Assembly: GCA_044450345.1 (NCBI GenBank) | Contig: JBIOIY010000024.1 | Span: 1-40,647, forward strand | Origin: Thermodesulfovibrionales bacterium | GTDB taxonomy: Bacteria > Nitrospirota > Thermodesulfovibrionia > Thermodesulfovibrionales > UBA6898 | Reading direction: 5' to 3' | Length of the DNA stretch: 40,647 bases | In this document: piece after piece, positions 38,010 to 40,647 of the stretch | How positions within the stretch are numbered: position 1 is the stretch's first letter | Layout of the letters: every line of letters starts with the position of its first letter | The notes under the pieces: model-generated | Databases searched by the model: none | Told to the model about the DNA's origin: nothing | The model's input: the letters and a program-made list of their open reading frames with translations, nothing else | Program-made: the position numbers and the translations under genes

Positions 38010-40025
38010 ATGTCTGATTTTCATCTCAACTCAGAGTTCACACCCAGGGGCGACCAGCCCAGGGCTATCGAGGAACTTACCCGGGCAACGAAAGGCGGGA
38101 AGAAGCATCAGGTGCTGTTAGGCGTGACCGGCTCAGGGAAGACCTTTACGGTCGCACACGTCATGGCCAACATGGACAGACCTACGCTCGTTATCGCGCA
38201 TAACAAGACGCTTGCCGCACAGCTCTACGGAGAATTCAAGGAGTTGTTCCCGGAAAACGCCGTAGAGTTTTTTGTCAGCTATTACGACTATTACCAGCCG
38301 GAGGCCTACCTCCCGACGACCGACACCTACATAGAAAAAGACGCGATGATCAACGACGATATCGACAGGCTGAGGCATTCGGCCACGCGTGCGGTGCTCG
38401 AACGGAGGGACGTTATCGTCGTTGCCTCGGTGTCCTGCATATACGGCATCGGCTCGCCCCAGGACTATATGGACATGCACCTCGTCCTGGAAGAGGGGAT
38501 GCACACGGGACGTGATGAACTTTTAGGCAGACTCGTCGAGATGCAGTATGCAAGGTCCGACAGCGAGTTCAAAAGGGGGAGCTTCCGGGTAAGAGGCGAC
38601 ATTGTAGAGATCTATCCGCCCTTCGCACTGGACAGAGTGATCAGAGTTGAGTTTTTCGGCGACGACATAGACGCGATGAGCGAGGTAGATCCGCTCACAG
38701 GCACCAGGATAAGGAAGCTCGACAAGATGGCCCTCTTTCCGAACAGCCACTGGCTCACGCCGAGAGACCGGCTCGAATCTGCGTTAATGGGCATTGAGAA
38801 AGAGATGAAGGAATCCGTCGAGAGGTTCCTGAAACAAGGGAAGATCGTCGAGGCCAGACGGATCGAGGAGCGTACCAGGTTCGACATGGAGATGCTGAAG
38901 GAATTCGGCTACTGCCACGGCATAGAAAACTATTCGAGGCACCTGAGCGGCCGGGCGGCAGGAGACCCGCCATATACGCTGATAGACTACTTCCCCGATG
39001 ATTTTTTGATCGTGATCGATGAGTCCCACGCGACAGTCCCCCAGATCAGGGGCATGTACGAAGGGGACCGGTCGAGGAAACAGACCCTTATCGACTTCGG
39101 GTTCAGGCTTCCCTCGGCGCTCGACAACAGGCCGTTTAAGTTCGACGAGTTCGAAAGAAGGGTTGTCCAGGCGATATACGTCTCAGCAACCCCGTCCCAT
39201 TATGAAATAGAAAAGTCAGGAGGCGAGGTTGTCGAGCAGATCATACGGCCCACGGGATTGATAGATCCGAAACCTACGGTAAGGCCCGTTCCGGGTCAGG
39301 TCGACGATCTGCTGGGAGAGATCAGGAAAAGGGCCGAAAAAGACGAACGGGTGCTCGTCACCACCCTCACCAAAAAGATGGCGGAAGACTTAGCGGACTA
39401 TTACACTGAACTCGGCGTCAGGGTGCGTTACCTCCACTCAGATATAGACACGCTTGAACGGGTCGAGATCATCAGGGACCTGAGACTCGGCAAATTCGAT
39501 GTCCTGATAGGCGTCAACCTGCTCAGAGAGGGACTCGACCTGCCTGAGGTCTCGCTCGTCGCTATCCTCGATGCGGACAAGGAAGGGTTTCTCCGCTCGG
39601 AGCGGTCCCTTATACAGACTACCGGGAGGGCCGCCCGGAACGTCAACGGCGAGGTGATATTCTATGCCGATGTCATCACCGGTTCCCTGAAAAAAGCGAT
39701 TGATGAGACCACACGGAGGAGACGCATCCAGGAAGAATATAACCGCAAGATGCATATCACCCCCGAGACGGTGAAGAGTAATATCAAAGACATCGTCGGC
39801 TCGATTTACGAATCGGATTACTGGACAGTGCCTGCTGCGGCAGAGGAAGAGGCCGAATACTCCCTCAGCGACGACACCCTGAGGCGGCTCGATAAGGAGA
39901 TGAAGGACGCCGCAAAGGGACTCGACTTCGAACGCGCCGCAGCGATAAGGGACAGGATAAAAGAGATCAAAAAGAAGATGATCGAGATCGGGGTGAAGGA
40001 GCAGCGAGTAGTGAGCAGTAAGTAG
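38010..40025 (+). CDS. uvrB: Excinuclease ABC subunit B
   Basis: [37 protein letters not shown]-terminal UVR motif [11 protein letters not shown]. Start at ATG 38010. Confidence 0.98.
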   Translation: MSDFHLNSEFTPRGDQPRAIEELTRATKGGKKHQVLLGVTGSGKTFTVAHVMANMDRPTLVIAHNKTLAAQLYGEFKELFPENAVEFFVSYYDYYQPEAYLPTTDTYIEKDAMINDDIDRLRHSATRAVLERRDVIVVASVSCIYGIGSPQDYMDMHLVLEEGMHTGRDELLGRLVEMQYARSDSEFKRGSFRVRGDIVEIYPPFALDRVIRVEFFGDDIDAMSEVDPLTGTRIRKLDKMALFPNSHWLTPRDRLESALMGIEKEMKESVERFLKQGKIVEARRIEERTRFDMEMLKEFGYCHGIENYSRHLSGRAAGDPPYTLIDYFPDDFLIVIDESHATVPQIRGMYEGDRSRKQTLIDFGFRLPSALDNRPFKFDEFERRVVQAIYVSATPSHYEIEKSGGEVVEQIIRPTGLIDPKPTVRPVPGQVDDLLGEIRKRAEKDERVLVTTLTKKMAEDLADYYTELGVRVRYLHSDIDTLERVEIIRDLRLGKFDVLIGVNLLREGLDLPEVSLVAILDADKEGFLRSERSLIQTTGRAARNVNGEVIFYADVITGSLKKAIDETTRRRRIQEEYNRKMHITPETVKSNIKDIVGSIYESDYWTVPAAAEEEAEYSLSDDTLRRLDKEMKDAAKGLDFERAAAIRDRIKEIKKKMIEIGVKEQRVVSSK

Positions 40026-40139
40026 TAAATAGTAAGAGATAAGGAGAAAAGAGCAATTTAGTACAGGGATAAGAGCAATAAACAGCGAGATTTTTCTTTC
40101 GACTATTCACTGCTTACTATTCACTATTAACTATTTACG
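40003..40139. repeat. Inverted pair of degenerate heptamer arrays at the convergent uvrB/S1 junction
   Basis: AGY at 40003, 40010, 40017, 40024, 40031; ACT at 40102, 40109, 40116, 40123, 40130 (ACG at 40137). Confidence 0.75.
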
Positions 40140-40155
40140 ACCTTCAGGGCCGCTC

Positions 40156-40647
40156 TTATCCCGCCTTCCTCTTTTCTTCAAGCTTTGCCTTGAGGATATC
40201 ACCCAGACTGCCGAGGCCGGAAGATTCGGCCTGCTTCGAGGAATCCACATACTGCGAGTATTCCTCTTTCGCCTCGTTGTCCGTGACTGCCTTTCGGCTC
40301 AGCCGGATCTTTTTGCTGCTCTCATCGACCTCGCTCACTACAGCCTGGATCTTGGCGCCGGAGGGGAACGCGCGCTTCACGTCCGCTCCGCCCGTCGCAC
40401 CTATCTCGGAGTTGGGGATAAGACCCGAGAGGCCGTTGTCGATCTTCACAAAAATGCCGAAGGGCATAACCTTATCGACCACGCCTTCGACGAGGGAGCC
40501 CACCGCAGGGAGAACAATGACCTGAGGTACCGGTTTCGGCTGAAGAGAAAGCGATATCTTTCGCTTCTCCAGGTCGACCCCGAGCACATATACCTCGACC
40601 GTCTGTCCCATCTCGACAACCTCTTTCGGATGGTTGATGCGTCTGCC
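40156..40647 (-). CDS. rpsA: C-terminal part of a 30S ribosomal protein S1-like multi-S1-domain protein (5' end outside the window)
   Basis: RINHPKEVV..GQTVEV.VL.VD..KRKISLS, then FGIFV...GLIPNSE, ending LGSLGDILKAKL. Confidence 0.75.
   Translation of the reverse strand, partial: GRRINHPKEVVEMGQTVEVYVLGVDLEKRKISLSLQPKPVPQVIVLPAVGSLVEGVVDKVMPFGIFVKIDNGLSGLIPNSEIGATGGADVKRAFPSGAKIQAVVSEVDESSKKIRLSRKAVTDNEAKEEYSQYVDSSKQAESSGLGSLGDILKAKLEEKRKAG

Overview
A moderately GC-rich bacterial chromosome segment. A Nitrospirota- or Desulfobacterota-like origin is a stylistic impression only. Left arm (1-6012, + strand): a 5'-truncated cardiolipin synthase, then a three-gene module, two orphan ORFs and a PPC/DUF296 protein. 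The module comprises a small exported peptide with a CxxC motif and C-terminal RPP (DUF2946/CruR/CutF-like leader), an ICMT/PEMT-like membrane protein with a His/Met-rich tail, and a secreted beta-propeller with His in most blades. It looks like a candidate copper/metal system controlled by ribosome stalling. Middle (6079-37135, all - strand): a ~30 kb surface-polysaccharide locus with wzm/wzt, 12 glycosyltransferase-like genes (GT2, GT4, GT11, STELLO/DUF288), four methyltransferases, two acetyltransferases, a deacetylase, an AsnB amidotransferase, a Wzy/ligase-like membrane protein, WecA, PMM, two GalE and a UDP-GlcA epimerase. It is headed by an EPS-associated MarR gene and preceded by a NusG/RfaH paralogue. 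Its leader has a sigma70 promoter, a palindromic operator and a perfect ops (GGCGGTAGccTG) inside a hairpin followed by a U-tract. Three genes in the locus appear to use CTG or ATA starts. Right arm: HAD hydrolase, uvrB and the 3' end of an S1-domain gene. Degenerate 7-bp-periodic repeats form inverted pairs at both convergent gene junctions, and also occur in the operon leader and inside wzt. No rRNA, tRNA, CRISPR array or IS element was recognised.
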